From Nemertoderma westbladi (lineage: Eukaryota; Animalia; Xenacoelomorpha), in contig JAUCBJ010007394.1 of NCBI GenBank assembly GCA_032718475.1, positions 1 through 49,582 on the forward strand: a stretch of 49,582 nt of DNA, written 5' to 3'. The translations under genes and the position numbers were made by a program. Shown one piece after another: positions 24,005 through 34,480 of this stretch. Position 1 is the stretch's first letter; the number at the start of each line of letters is the position of its first letter. The notes under the pieces were generated by a model. The model saw only the letters and a list, made by a program, of their open reading frames with translations, searched no databases and was not told where the DNA came from.

Positions 24005-24912
24005 CCTGACAGCCTAACAGACACCAGCTGTCACTTATCCTCACCTCACCTGGCCTGGCTCCTAAACCTTCTGTTTTTTGTATTTGCCAACGGTAGCGCA
24101 GTAGGCCTAGGGCAGACCGGACAATACCTAGCCTCTGAACATTTAAAATCACATACGGACTGGCAGATGGTTCTCCCAAGGACTGCTATACTACAGGACT
24201 GGCACACTGAATATCCAGACCCCGCTAGCGGTGTCCATTAGTCCCCTTCTAATATGGCTCCGAAATAGATGCAAATTTGTTAAATTTTCAATTTTCTCTC
24301 ACAGATAAATTGTTATTTATTCTTCTTATGTGTTTATGACGAACCTAAGCTACCTCAAACCTGCCTCGCTGCCTGCTTTAACGTTTGAGGCTGATATAAT
24401 TATTGCTAAGCCAGTTATAGTCCATATACCATAATACTGTATGGTAGTAATAGTGCTCGTGCACTATGCATAATAAATTCAGACACCACCGGCACCGCCC
24501 ACTACTCTCGCCACCAGCCCAGCCCAATACATTAATTAAACATCTTAGTGGGGCGAGCCACGTAGTGGTTGAAGCTTTACCGTACAGATTTAATAATGTT
24601 GACATTCTTATGATCTGCAATTTTAGATTATAAATTTTAACACGCAAAATGAATATTAAATAACGATTAGAAAATTTATTTATTTCCAGCAGCTGCTATT
24701 TCAATCTGCAATGGTTTTTATATGTATAAATTGACGGCAGTGTAGGTAGACCTACTCGATTCAAAATAACAACAGCAATTGGCCCTTAAAAGGGGCATTA
24801 GGGTTGAGTTGTATTACAGTATGTGACATGTGTCTGTAGGCATATTGAATTATCAAAATTAATTACAATTAAATTAATAGATAGTCGAATAGTCAATCTT
24901 CACTACAGAAGA

Positions 24913-25869
24913 TTAATGTCCTTTATCCAGACCGGCAATGCGGAGAAATTTCCTGTTGGTTCCGTGACCTTCGGAAGATCGCTTTTCAGAGCACATCATG
25001 CTGGAGCGTTTCTGCATTCCGTTTAACAGTGTGTTCGCAAGGGTGGTACATGCAGCAGCGGGGGGCGCTGGTATTATATCGTACTGTACAGCGATGGTTT
25101 TGACCACCTGGGCTAATTGACGGTAGCACAGTATGGTTCCATCAGGTACCGAATCTACCCATGTCGCTGACGCCATTACCCACCAAACCAACTCATGTGA
25201 TGGCAGCTGTAATCCACCCCTCGATAGCGTCTGGATAAATGCATTATCGGCCTGGATGGTGTTACCGGATACTTCTATCTCTGGAATTACACGAATGATA
25301 TAACCAGCTACATAGGCAGCAGCATGCCGCTCACCAACAGTAGCCTCAAGTTCACCCAAACGATCTATAAGGACAAGGGATTCTTCGGTAAATGGGGTTA
25401 CGCAACCTGTACATTCAATAGGGTGTTTAATGGCCGTCAACACATCTGGCATTTCACCCATCTTTACGAATGCTAGAAGGCTACGTAGACGCATCCCAGA
25501 TTCAATATCCTTTACAGTAATTGACTGGTTAGAACCGGTCATACCACGCAGACATCCGAACTCACCCTCCAAGCGATCTTGGGAAACTGTTCCAGTAAGA
25601 AAGTAAGTGAACCCGCTGCTTAAAAGGTAGCGAGAAAGGTCTATCATACCGGCCGTCGACTGGCACAGCGCCCTGTGGGTATCTGTCGTAAGACTCCGTA
25701 TGCGACGGACACCAATACCGTGAGGGAACGAGCGAAATTCCTCCACTAAGCCCTTCAGCGACTCGATGGCAGCACAGTCGGATGATGTTATGGCCTGTCG
25801 ATGATGATCTTTAAATCGGATCGCTTCCCCAATCGACTTTACATTCATCAGTTTCCACCATGTCAACAC
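24913..25869 (-). CDS. P-element/THAP9-like transposase, exon 2
   Basis: Acceptor TTACAG|GTG at 25870/25869. YFLTGTVSQDRLEGEFGCLRG carries the catalytic Glu motif. YVAGYI and LSRGGLQLPS are typical C-terminal motifs of P transposases. Confidence 0.88.
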   Translation of the reverse strand: MLTWWKLMNVKSIGEAIRFKDHHRQAITSSDCAAIESLKGLVEEFRSFPHGIGVRRIRSLTTDTHRALCQSTAGMIDLSRYLLSSGFTYFLTGTVSQDRLEGEFGCLRGMTGSNQSITVKDIESGMRLRSLLAFVKMGEMPDVLTAIKHPIECTGCVTPFTEESLVLIDRLGELEATVGERHAAAYVAGYIIRVIPEIEVSGNTIQADNAFIQTLSRGGLQLPSHELVWWVMASATWVDSVPDGTILCYRQLAQVVKTIAVQYDIIPAPPAAACTTLANTLLNGMQKRSSMMCSEKRSSEGHGTNRKFLRIAGLDKGH

Positions 25870-26163
25870 CTGTAACAGCAGTAAACAAAACACGATATAT
25901 TATTTACATTGTACAGTACATTATTTATAGAATTACGAACTTGAATATGCCCGATAAAATATAAATAAATCGATAATATAAAATATAAATATTAAATAGG
26001 AATAATTAAATAAATTAAATATATAATATAAATTAAATAAGTAAACTATTAATAAAGGCATAATGCCATTTTGCCCCGCATAGGGGCGCATTTATCATTG
26101 AAAAAAATATTAAATAATATTAATATTTTACTAAGGTGCCTAGGCCCATCCGCATTTACATAC

Positions 26164-27846
26164 CTGTTCTAACACTTCCGCAGTACCAGATCTACTCGAA
26201 AGAAACAACGCAGCTACAACACGGTCGTTAAAAACGCAAAGCACATGGTTGACATTCTGCTTCTGTAAGTTGGATGGGTTGATAGCTGCCTTTGTTAGTG
26301 ACGTAAGATGTAAGACTCTGGACTTGTCTTCCTCGTACAAGTCCACTATATCACTCCATTTACCGATAGCGGAACCAAATTTGAGCTCCCGATTCTTCTC
26401 AGTTATCCAATTGTTGCGGATACACTTTAACACATGGACGGGATCAGGAATCAAGAATAGATGTCGAGTTGAATCCAAAGGATGACGTACTTTCCATAGC
26501 TCTAGTCTGTCCTTATGCTCTATTTCGTCACGAAATAGATCGTTCGAACAATTGTTGGCCCGGAGGACGTCATTAACCAAAGCAACAATATCACCGCCAT
26601 GTTTGTGGAAAGAGGTAATTGCTTCCTTGATACACGTATGGGCAAATAGGGCTGTCATGGAATGAACTGGAATCATCTGCACCATCACTGAAGGTCCCCC
26701 GTATAAAATCTTAACCATCGAGCAGAGGACTGAGTTGGCCAACTCCGATGGCTCATCCTTAGCGTAGCCAAACACTCCATGTCCTTGATACAATAGTTTG
26801 GGAACCACCTTTACTTCGTCCGTTATAAGAATCGCCTTTGGGGATTCGGCAGCAGGCGTACCAGCTGGTAAGCTGTTCTTTGCTTTACGAATGGCCGTTT
26901 CTATGAGCAAATCACTGGTGACTCCCTGTTTTAGCGATCTTATCTTCCTTTCGCATGGAAGAATAGCAATCTGCCGCAGTATACTATATGGCAGACGCGG
27001 GTAGCCCTGAACAGCCAGTAGATAATCCGACTGTGAGTAACACTTCGAACCGCTACAATGCAGCTGCAACTGATGGGATATAAACTCCAGCTGTGTTTTG
27101 TATTTATAATCAGAGCTGGAGGCGATAGCGTCATCAATCAACTCTCGGGCTTTCAGCAGCAAGTTCTCGGTCGTTCCTACGCTTCGTTTAACTGCGACAA
27201 TAACCTCCAACAGCTGGGACCAGCGAATGAGCTGCGCGTTAGGAGCGAGACAATAGTTGAGCGATATACGTTTGTTAGTAGGATTAAACGCAGTAACATA
27301 GATATCACTGCAGAGAGGCTTCCTCGTTTCAATACATATTTTGCCAGCGTAGGAATCGCTGACAAAAACATACAGCATAATGAAATCAGCAGTTAGCTTA
27401 ACAAATATATCGACGGATTCAACACGAACATCGTTGCGAATCCACGTTTCGACATCGCCATGGAAGATATCGAACCCGCCAATTACATCCCGGCGGTTTA
27501 GCGATTGAACCTGTCGCTCTTCGATCGGTGGTTCCGCTCGTAACTTCCCTGGTGGCGGAGGAACACAGGATGCTGGAACCCCAGGAAAGAAGAATGGCGG
27601 GATAGTCGGCCGCAACGCTCCTCCGGGAACCTTGCGATGAGGGATATCCTGCGGGAATCCTGGCCAATGTCGTATACAAATAACAGCATCGGCGCTATAC
27701 TTTATGGGCGATCCATCAGGAGCAGACCGCTTTGGAAGAGCAGCAATCCATTGCTGACGTTCCACGCCGAATGGGAGCTTGACAGTTCGTACAGTTCTTC
27801 CCTCGTAGTTGCCATCGCATCCATACACACAACAGTGTTTCCCCAT
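26164..27846 (-). CDS. P-element/THAP9-like transposase, exon 1 (THAP C2CH zinc finger and N-terminal part of the RNase H-like core)
   Basis: MGKHCCVYGC...LP...W...VICIRHW (THAP). ILITDEV, VND, PDPVHVLKCIRNNW and KQNV motifs. Donor CAG|GTATGT at 26164/26163, phase 0, 294-bp intron. Spliced product 879 aa. Confidence 0.9.
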
Positions 27847-28490
27847 TCCAGTTTATAACCCGAATAATCTGATATTACTGTGATGTGTGTTAAAACTACT
27901 GTAGCTACCGGTACTCAGGTACTAAGCTGCAGCCTGTCAGCCTGTAGTTATGTTAAGCCTTTTTAAACATTACTAAATAATAAATATTAAATACATAAAT
28001 ATAAATCCACTGATTAAAAAAGTACATAACTGCATAAGCTGATAAGTAATTGGGTTGATTACACAGTTGTACAGCCAGACAGCAGTACTGGAATTCTGCA
28101 ACTAATGGACCCCGCTAGCGGGGTCTGGATATTCAGTGTGCCAGTCCTGTAGTATAGCAGTCCTTGGGTTCTCCATCTGTCCATCTCCATACCGGTACTG
28201 CTGTACTGCTATATCATATATACAGATATAGGCTGATAGGTGAATGGCTGGAAGGTAGAACCAAGAACTGTAGAAGGCGATAAAACATCCTAGACAGCTA
28301 GAGTGCTGCAGTACCAGTAATATCAAGCAGTCACTGACTGATCAGCGAAATGGCCTACCAATTATATAGCGCTTGAATTATAGGTGATTTTAATGACAAT
28401 AATTATGACAGTTATTTTTTTGACCGCTTTTTGGGTCTTTTGACCACTTTTTTCAAAATTGTACTTTTATGACCCCTTTTAACTGTTTAA

Positions 28491-29558
28491 CCCTTCCCCG
28501 GTAACGTGGGGTAAAATAATACCCCAAGGGGATTAATTTTGATATTTTTCGACAATCTCTCATATTATGTATGTCCAGCTTCATAGTATCTTCCAAAAAA
28601 CTTGTAATCTAACGATTGTGTGGGTCAAACCCATAAAATTTTGTTTATGAAAAATGTTATGGGCCTTTAATTTGAAAACAACTTAGTTAGGTAAGATGGG
28701 GTATAAAAATACCCCATAACGTTATGGTGCTGGTTTAGTGGTACTTTGTGACTCATTTTGGTGCCATTGGAACCACAATGGACGATTTAGTTGTACTAGA
28801 CTGCTAGACAGCTAGAGGCATGTTTTAACTTTGACTTTTAAGACCAAATTATCAGTATTAGGAAGCTACTGTCTGACTGTATTCTGGTATTGTGTATGGC
28901 CTGTATTTCACAAGCCAAGACTTAGTATATGTGAATAATTCTTATTGTAGGCTTTCTTAGTGGTGTTCTGTCCTTTTGGGTCTCATTATGAGTTCATTGT
29001 AACTGCAATAATGTATAATTTAGTTGGACAATAATCACATTTAATGACCAAATCATCAGTACTTTTGCAGTCATGGTATAAATTTCATAATACGATCTTC
29101 TGCTATTGCGAGGTGATATAGGGCCTATCTGTATATATCAGTATATTTCACCTTGTTGACTTTCAGTGGTGGTATTTGACTCATTTTATGCTTCTTGGAA
29201 CTGCAATGGTATACTTGACCCATAACTGCATAACACCACTAAAAAACCTAAAATGAGAAACACTCTCACACAGCTAATGCTTCACTATGATAGTATCTTG
29301 TTGCAAAACGCCCCATCGCGACGTTAACGATGATCGCGATTGAACTGGGATAACTTTTGTGGCATTGAGCGTTGGGTAGACTTCAACCAAATTGAATAAA
29401 CAAATTCACAACTTATTTTTTCACCATTTGGCAAATTCTGGGAGGGGGATTGCAAGTGTTTTTCTGTTTAATGTTACTTAAAATGTCTTATCAATTTGGG
29501 GTATAAAAATACCCCATGTTACCGGTGAAGGATAATTTTTTACCATACCGGGGCAGGG
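28491..29558. mobile_element. piggyBac-like non-autonomous element (1068 bp)
   Basis: TTAA on both sides. TIR CCCTTCCCCGGTA / TACCGGGGCAGGG (1 mismatch). Subterminal inverted repeat CCGGTAAC(G/A)TGGGGT and GGGGTA..AA.TACCCC dyads near both ends. Confidence 0.8.
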
Positions 29559-29626
29559 TTAATGCAGTATTGTAATAAAGGGAAGATGAAATTATCTTTA
29601 GGTGCCGCTGTAATTATATTATAAAT

Positions 29627-29692
29627 GCCAAATATTTCAACCCAAAATTGTAAATGTGGACAATTACAATTAAACAGGCCTTCTTCAGTGGC
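29627..29692 (-). ncRNA. Minimal type I hammerhead ribozyme motif (Penelope-associated type), degenerate stem II base
   Basis: Minus strand reads GCCA CUGAAGA A GGCCUG UUU AAUUGUAA UUGUCCACAU UUACAAUU UUGGGUU GAAA UAUU UGGC: 4-bp stem I, CUGANGA/GAAA core, extended stem II and palindromic AAUAUU stem III. Confidence 0.6.
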
Positions 29693-30713
29693 TCTGGTAC
29701 CTAATGAACCTAACTACAGAAACTCTACAACACAGCAACACGCCCGGACCGAGCAACAGCAGAACAAATAGTACCGGTATCGTATGAAGTACTAACATAC
29801 AGTATATGTTATGTCAGAACCAATTACTAATTACAAAGCTAGTACAGGCCACCAGAAAAAGCAGATTTCATCCAATGTGATCACATGTGAACACATTTGT
29901 TCAAGTCATCTGATTGGCAGGTTATGGCAAGTTATCTTCTAGATCACACAGCAGGAGACTAACTTGCTGGGACCGACAAAGGCGTTGTGTGCGGTGCGCC
30001 TGTATATCTGATATCAGGTAGATGAGAGAGCCCCCAGGGCGTAATATTGCGGACATGGGCTGTATTGGTAGAGATAGAACTACATACAAGACCACGTAGA
30101 GGTTCATGGAGTGTATGGGAGTGGATGGGTATATGGATGGAGGAGCCTAGACCATTGAATAATTAATTTAGTGCAGGGAGATGTCGCGCCATTAGTCTGA
30201 CACCGAGAGGGTACAGAGAAACACCAGAAGATGCCTTAACATCACTAACTATAGGCCTGCCTACTAGACACTATTAACCGCACACTATAAAGGTAAACAA
30301 AATCCTTATCGCATTTCCAGCTGCAGTTAGTGACAGTTAGCGGCAAACTACAGAGAGTTTCCAGATTACTAAGTGTTTCAAAAGTATTCAATTGTATCCT
30401 TTGGAGAAAAAATGTTGGTTGTTGCCAATTCAATTATGTTCAATTACGTTCAATTGTCCCGTTCAACAACATTACATTACACTGGTACACATTTGATAAA
30501 ATGTGTTCACAATTGTACAAATCTGCGTTTTCTGGTGGCCTGTACTGTAGTGAACGTGTTATTAAATGCTAACTACTGTATAAATATCAAAGATCAACCG
30601 GGGTTGCTAGCTAGAATTTTGTGTACGTGTATTGGAAAATAAAAGAAATGCTAACTACTGTATAAATATATGAAGGAATTGCTAACTACTGTATAAATTG
30701 CACCAAGTTTAGT

Positions 30714-30905
30714 TTACCATCCTTTGTCTTGGGGCCTACTGTACTGGCGATTAAGTGTAGGTTTTTCCCGTCTGATTAGATATTTTTCCCTGATTTTCCG
30801 GTCCGCCCAGTCCCTGCATCTGTATCTTAAAACAATTCTGAAAGGTCCCTGGTAGTTCTTGCACCCTGGATGTTTATCTAGGAAGTGTTCCCCCATCGCC
30901 TCATT
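30714..30905 (-). pseudogene. C-terminal fragment of a GIY-YIG endonuclease from a Penelope-like retroelement
   Basis: AMGEHFLDKH...FRIV...DRKIREKYLIRREKPTLNRQ matches the H...R.I.E..YI....P.LN.Q signature of the C-terminal half of Penelope GIY-YIG domains. The N-terminal half is absent. Confidence 0.7.
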
Positions 30906-31023
30906 CCGGTTGCCATTCCGTCGTGTTGTAGTACTGTAATACTGTATTTTTAGGTGTTGGAGGCAACCCAATTAGTAGCAATTATTAAAACTTACCTTTT
31001 GCCGATAGTAATATACTATACAT

Positions 31024-31230
31024 ACAATATTGCAATGTTCTAGAGTTAATATACGGAAATAAAAACCTTTAACGATTAAAACTGTAACAATCACTTCTGC
31101 CTAATCCGTCAGCAAATTAACCTAATACTGTATAATACCCTCGGCCTGCGGCCTCGGTAATTATACAGGTTAATTTGCTTCTGGAACGGCATCAGTGATT
31201 ATTCAGTTTTATTCGCTTCAGGTTATTATT
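31024..31230. repeat. Palindromic dispersed element, copy A (right arm truncated)
   Basis: Approximate reverse complement of 31455-31683. Central CCTCGGCCTGCGGCCTCGG motif. Confidence 0.8.
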
Positions 31231-31440
31231 GTACAGGAATGAAGCGCCTTTCAGTTCCAGCCAGTAGCTTAGTAAGCAGTTTAAAGGCGACAGTGTTGTC
31301 CAAGAAGAACACCTCAGGTATACCCCATCTAGCCATGAAATGACGCATTGCTTTATGGGTGGCTTCGGCGTCCATCCGGGAGGTCAGTTCGAGGTGTAGG
31401 GTGTGGGCAGACACACATGTAAGGAGAATAATGTAGTGCT
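31231..31440 (-). pseudogene. BEL/Pao retrotransposon integrase core fragment
   Basis: HYIILLTCVSAHTLHLELTSRMDAEATHKAMRHFMARWGIPEVFFLDN resembles the BEL/Pao consensus YI.LFTC..TRAVHLELV......F..AL.RF.ARRG.P....SDN. Confidence 0.8.
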
Positions 31441-31454
31441 TCTCCAACATCATT

Positions 31455-31683
31455 CAATGTTCTAGAGTTAATATACGGAAATAATAACATGAAGCGAATA
31501 AAAACTGAAAAATCACTGATAGCTGTTCCAGAAGCAAATTAACCTGTATAATTACCGAGGCCGCAGGCCGAGGTTATTATAGTAGGTTAATTTGCTGAAG
31601 GATAAGGCAGAAGTGATTATTACAGTTTTATTCGCTGAATGTTTTTATTTCCGTATATTAACTCTAGAACATTGCAATATTGT
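31455..31683. repeat. Palindromic dispersed element, copy B (complete hairpin)
   Basis: Perfect 30-bp inverted ends CAATGTTCTAGAGTTAATATACGGAAATAA (31455-31484 and 31645-31674), further imperfect arms, central CCGAGGCCGCAGGCCGAGG. Confidence 0.85.
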
Positions 31684-31854
31684 GTTTATTGTTAATTTGA
31701 GCATATTGAACGAACAACATGGCAGCATACTTTGTATTTTTAAGGATGGTGTTCTAATACAAACACGCATATTTATTCAAATCCATTTCCTTGAATTAAT
31801 ATCGCTCCAGGGGTCGTGGGGTTCTACACCTGCAGGCGGGCCAGGATAGTTTTC

Positions 31855-32700
31855 TGTGGTGATCAGCAGCAAGGACATACAAAATATGAAACACAACAAT
31901 ATCAAATTACAAAAAACGTTATAAATAATATAACGCCATCTAGGGAAGTTTACAGGAAACAACAAAATTGTGCTAGAATAATCCTGACCGCTGATTGGAG
32001 GATAACAAAGAGGGATAGATAGGTAGGATAATACCGGTAAGTAAGTAATATATCAAGATATGGTCAGTACAATACAGTACCTACACGACAAATGGTACAT
32101 GCAGATTGGCAGACAGCCCCTATGTTTTGCAAAATTTGTCAGAAAACCAGCTGATTTATCCTACAGTAATAATAATTTAACGCATGTTAATTTTGGATAA
32201 ATAAATATATTATAACTACAATAACAGTTACACTGATGCTGCACGAAGACCCCACGCAAATTCTACTTGGAAAATTTTCAAACTTTTGCCAAACAACATG
32301 TGTACCAAGTTTGGATAGATTTCATCAAGGATTGGCCGAGTTATTAACGTTTAAAATAAAATACTGAAAAAAAACGCGACAGAACGACAGGTTGATTAAT
32401 GGTACCACTACGCTAAGGCTCTCTCACTTCGTGGCTCGCCCCACAGTAGTAGTTTAGATTCGTGTTTCTTTTTGGATGTCTGACATCTGACTGTCTGATG
32501 TATGTACAGATGTATTTTGATTTATCTGTTTTGATTAGATTTATCTGCAGTATTATGTTCTGATGTTATGAACTAACAAACTAATCGTTTTAGCCAGCCT
32601 GCCAGTTAACGGCAGATTTTCTTCAGGGAAACCAGAAAAACTAAGTGGTAGATTGCCACGGAACCCGGGTTCGACCTTATCCTGTTATCCAACTTTCACA
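31855..32700 (+). repeat. 5' LTR (486 bp plus a 360-bp insertion)
   Basis: Matches 39279-39764 with 4 transitions counted by eye outside the insertion. Confidence 0.95.
32086..32445. mobile_element. 360-bp secondary insertion in the 5' LTR
   Basis: Absent from the 3' LTR. Its right half matches 2197-2388. Boundaries are ambiguous by the shared ACA. Confidence 0.85.
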
Positions 32701-32702
32701 TT

Positions 32703-32719
32703 TGGGGGCTCGTCCGGGA
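32703..32719 (+). promoter_or_regulatory. Primer binding site complementary to tRNA-Pro
   Basis: TGGGGGCTCGTCCGGGA, 2 nt after the 5' LTR, is the complement of the tRNA-Pro 3' end (same as the first 17 nt of the murine leukemia virus PBS). Confidence 0.92.
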
Positions 32720-33203
32720 GGATTTTTTTTCTTCCTGGTTGCTGCTGCTGGTTATAGACTTGTTACTTGTACCGTCAGACCGTTGGGCGTAGATATCGAT
32801 TGTTGGTTATCGGTAAACTGGCTGACTTTGGACTTGTACCGGTAATATCAAGCATTCAGACAGTCAGCGAGTCAGGGTATGACAGACGTTTTTGGATTCG
32901 AAAATGATAGCGATAGTACCGGTAGTAGATGCGGAGGGTCTGACCAAACGCAAATAGCCGTCGGTCCGAGAGAAGAATCAAGTTGGACGGACATAAACTT
33001 AAATAGTCCGGCGGTTGTCGTTCCTGGTTCCGGTTGCGACCGTCCTACTGTCCTAGATATTCTGAAACGCAGTCTCACGGTAGCAATCGGTTTCCTGCAG
33101 TACCGGTACCAGGAGAAGGGGACGATTACATACATCCTAATAGAGAGCAGCAAGGTACCGATACCTGTATACAGCTTGAACCAGTGAACGCGACGCACCG
33201 ATA

Positions 33204-34480
33204 ATGGCGGATATCAGGAAGGGACCGGAAATATTCGACGGGCGTGGAGATGTTGATTCCTGGGTTAGTGCATTACAGCGATTGGGACGTCTTCGAAGAT
33301 GGAATTACGTGATGATGGGAAGGGTTGCTTCCGTTTATGTGTCAGGTACCGGTACCGCGGCTCGCGTAATAGAAGAATTACCTACTGAACAACAAGTCGA
33401 TTTTGATATCGTAGTAGCCGCTCTGCGAGCTAGATTTAGGCCTTTACCCCCCGAGGTTATATGTTGTAAGCTGTTAGATTGTAGGCTTGGAATAAATGAA
33501 ACTATAGAGGAGTATGTAGATAAACTCCAGAAATGGGGACAGCAAGCCTGGGTAGATATGAATGGTGCGCAACGAGATCGGTTATTACTTACAGTTTTTT
33601 ACAGAGGCATACCCTCTGATTTGGCTTTTAGGATTAGAAACAGCCATCCGCAATCGTTTGACGAGGCTGTACGTATGGCGCGTAATGAAGAAATTTATTT
33701 AGCGTAGGCGAACCATTTAAATTACGGTGATCAAGCTGGACGTATTGATCGAAATACCGGTATTGATTCTAATAGGCCAAAGCATACCTTTTTGCCGGAA
33801 AGTGGTGTACATGGATATGTAAACAATACGGCGAGTTTTAATAGAAATTCTACTGTACCGAGTAGACCGGTTACCGTTGATCCAAAAATAAATAAATTAG
33901 AAAGTGAGATACAAGAATTACGGAAACAAATTTCCGGTATGCAGTACCAGCCAGCTCCTGTACGTCCGTTTACTGCATGGAATAAGAGTAGAACAGATTC
34001 TGGTCCAAACCATTCTGAAAGGAGTAGTGATACATTAGCCTACAGTAGTGGTAGACCTGTATAGCCCTTATTTGACTGAGCCAAGAAGGTCAATTATTCA
34101 AAGTGAACATTTTCAGGGAAGTAATAATATGACACCCCGTAGGAATGTAACATGTTTTAACTGCAATGAATTTGGCCATTACAGTACCCAATGTCCCCAG
34201 CCGTTTGCTTCCCGTAATGTTCAGCCACGGAGAGATATTGTTTGTTTTAATTGTAACGAGTCTGGACATTACAGTACCCATTGCCCAAGATCTCAAACAT
34301 CCCGATTTAATAGATCGAGTGACGATGTCAGACGTACTTATCCATACAGACCGAGACCTTCCCCACTAAGTACTGGTAGCAATATGTGTCAGCCATCCCA
34401 ATATGTGCCACACCCTACTCCACCGCCCAGTAGGTTTAGTACGGATGCTGGTACACCGGCTTCGAGTTTTGAAAATAATC
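33204..34480 (+). pseudogene. Gypsy gag, disrupted by an in-frame TAG (33705-33707) and a frameshift near 34050-34064
   Basis: PEIFDG...W capsid N-terminus, ETIEEYVDKL, FYRGIP...PQSFDEAV and two CCHC knuckles (CFNCNEFGHYSTQC, CFNCNESGHYSTHC). The frame stays open after the TAG. The 3' boundary is approximate. Confidence 0.85.

Larger units (their letters stand above)
24177..28166 (-). mobile_element. P-superfamily DNA transposon, structurally complete (3990 bp)
   Basis: 66-bp TIRs (24177-24242 and 28101-28166, 1 mismatch) beginning CAAGGACTGC. Perfect 8-bp TSD GGTTCTCC at 24169-24176 and 28167-28174. Encodes a THAP transposase. Confidence 0.95.

Noticed and set aside
29915-30245. Coding-looking stretch on the minus strand
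   Set aside because: Interrupted by stops and no motif could be recognised; probably a decayed retroelement piece.
32879-33187. 102-aa ORF upstream of gag as an extra Gypsy gene
   Set aside because: Different frame from gag, short and without motifs; cannot be distinguished from a chance leader ORF without other copies.
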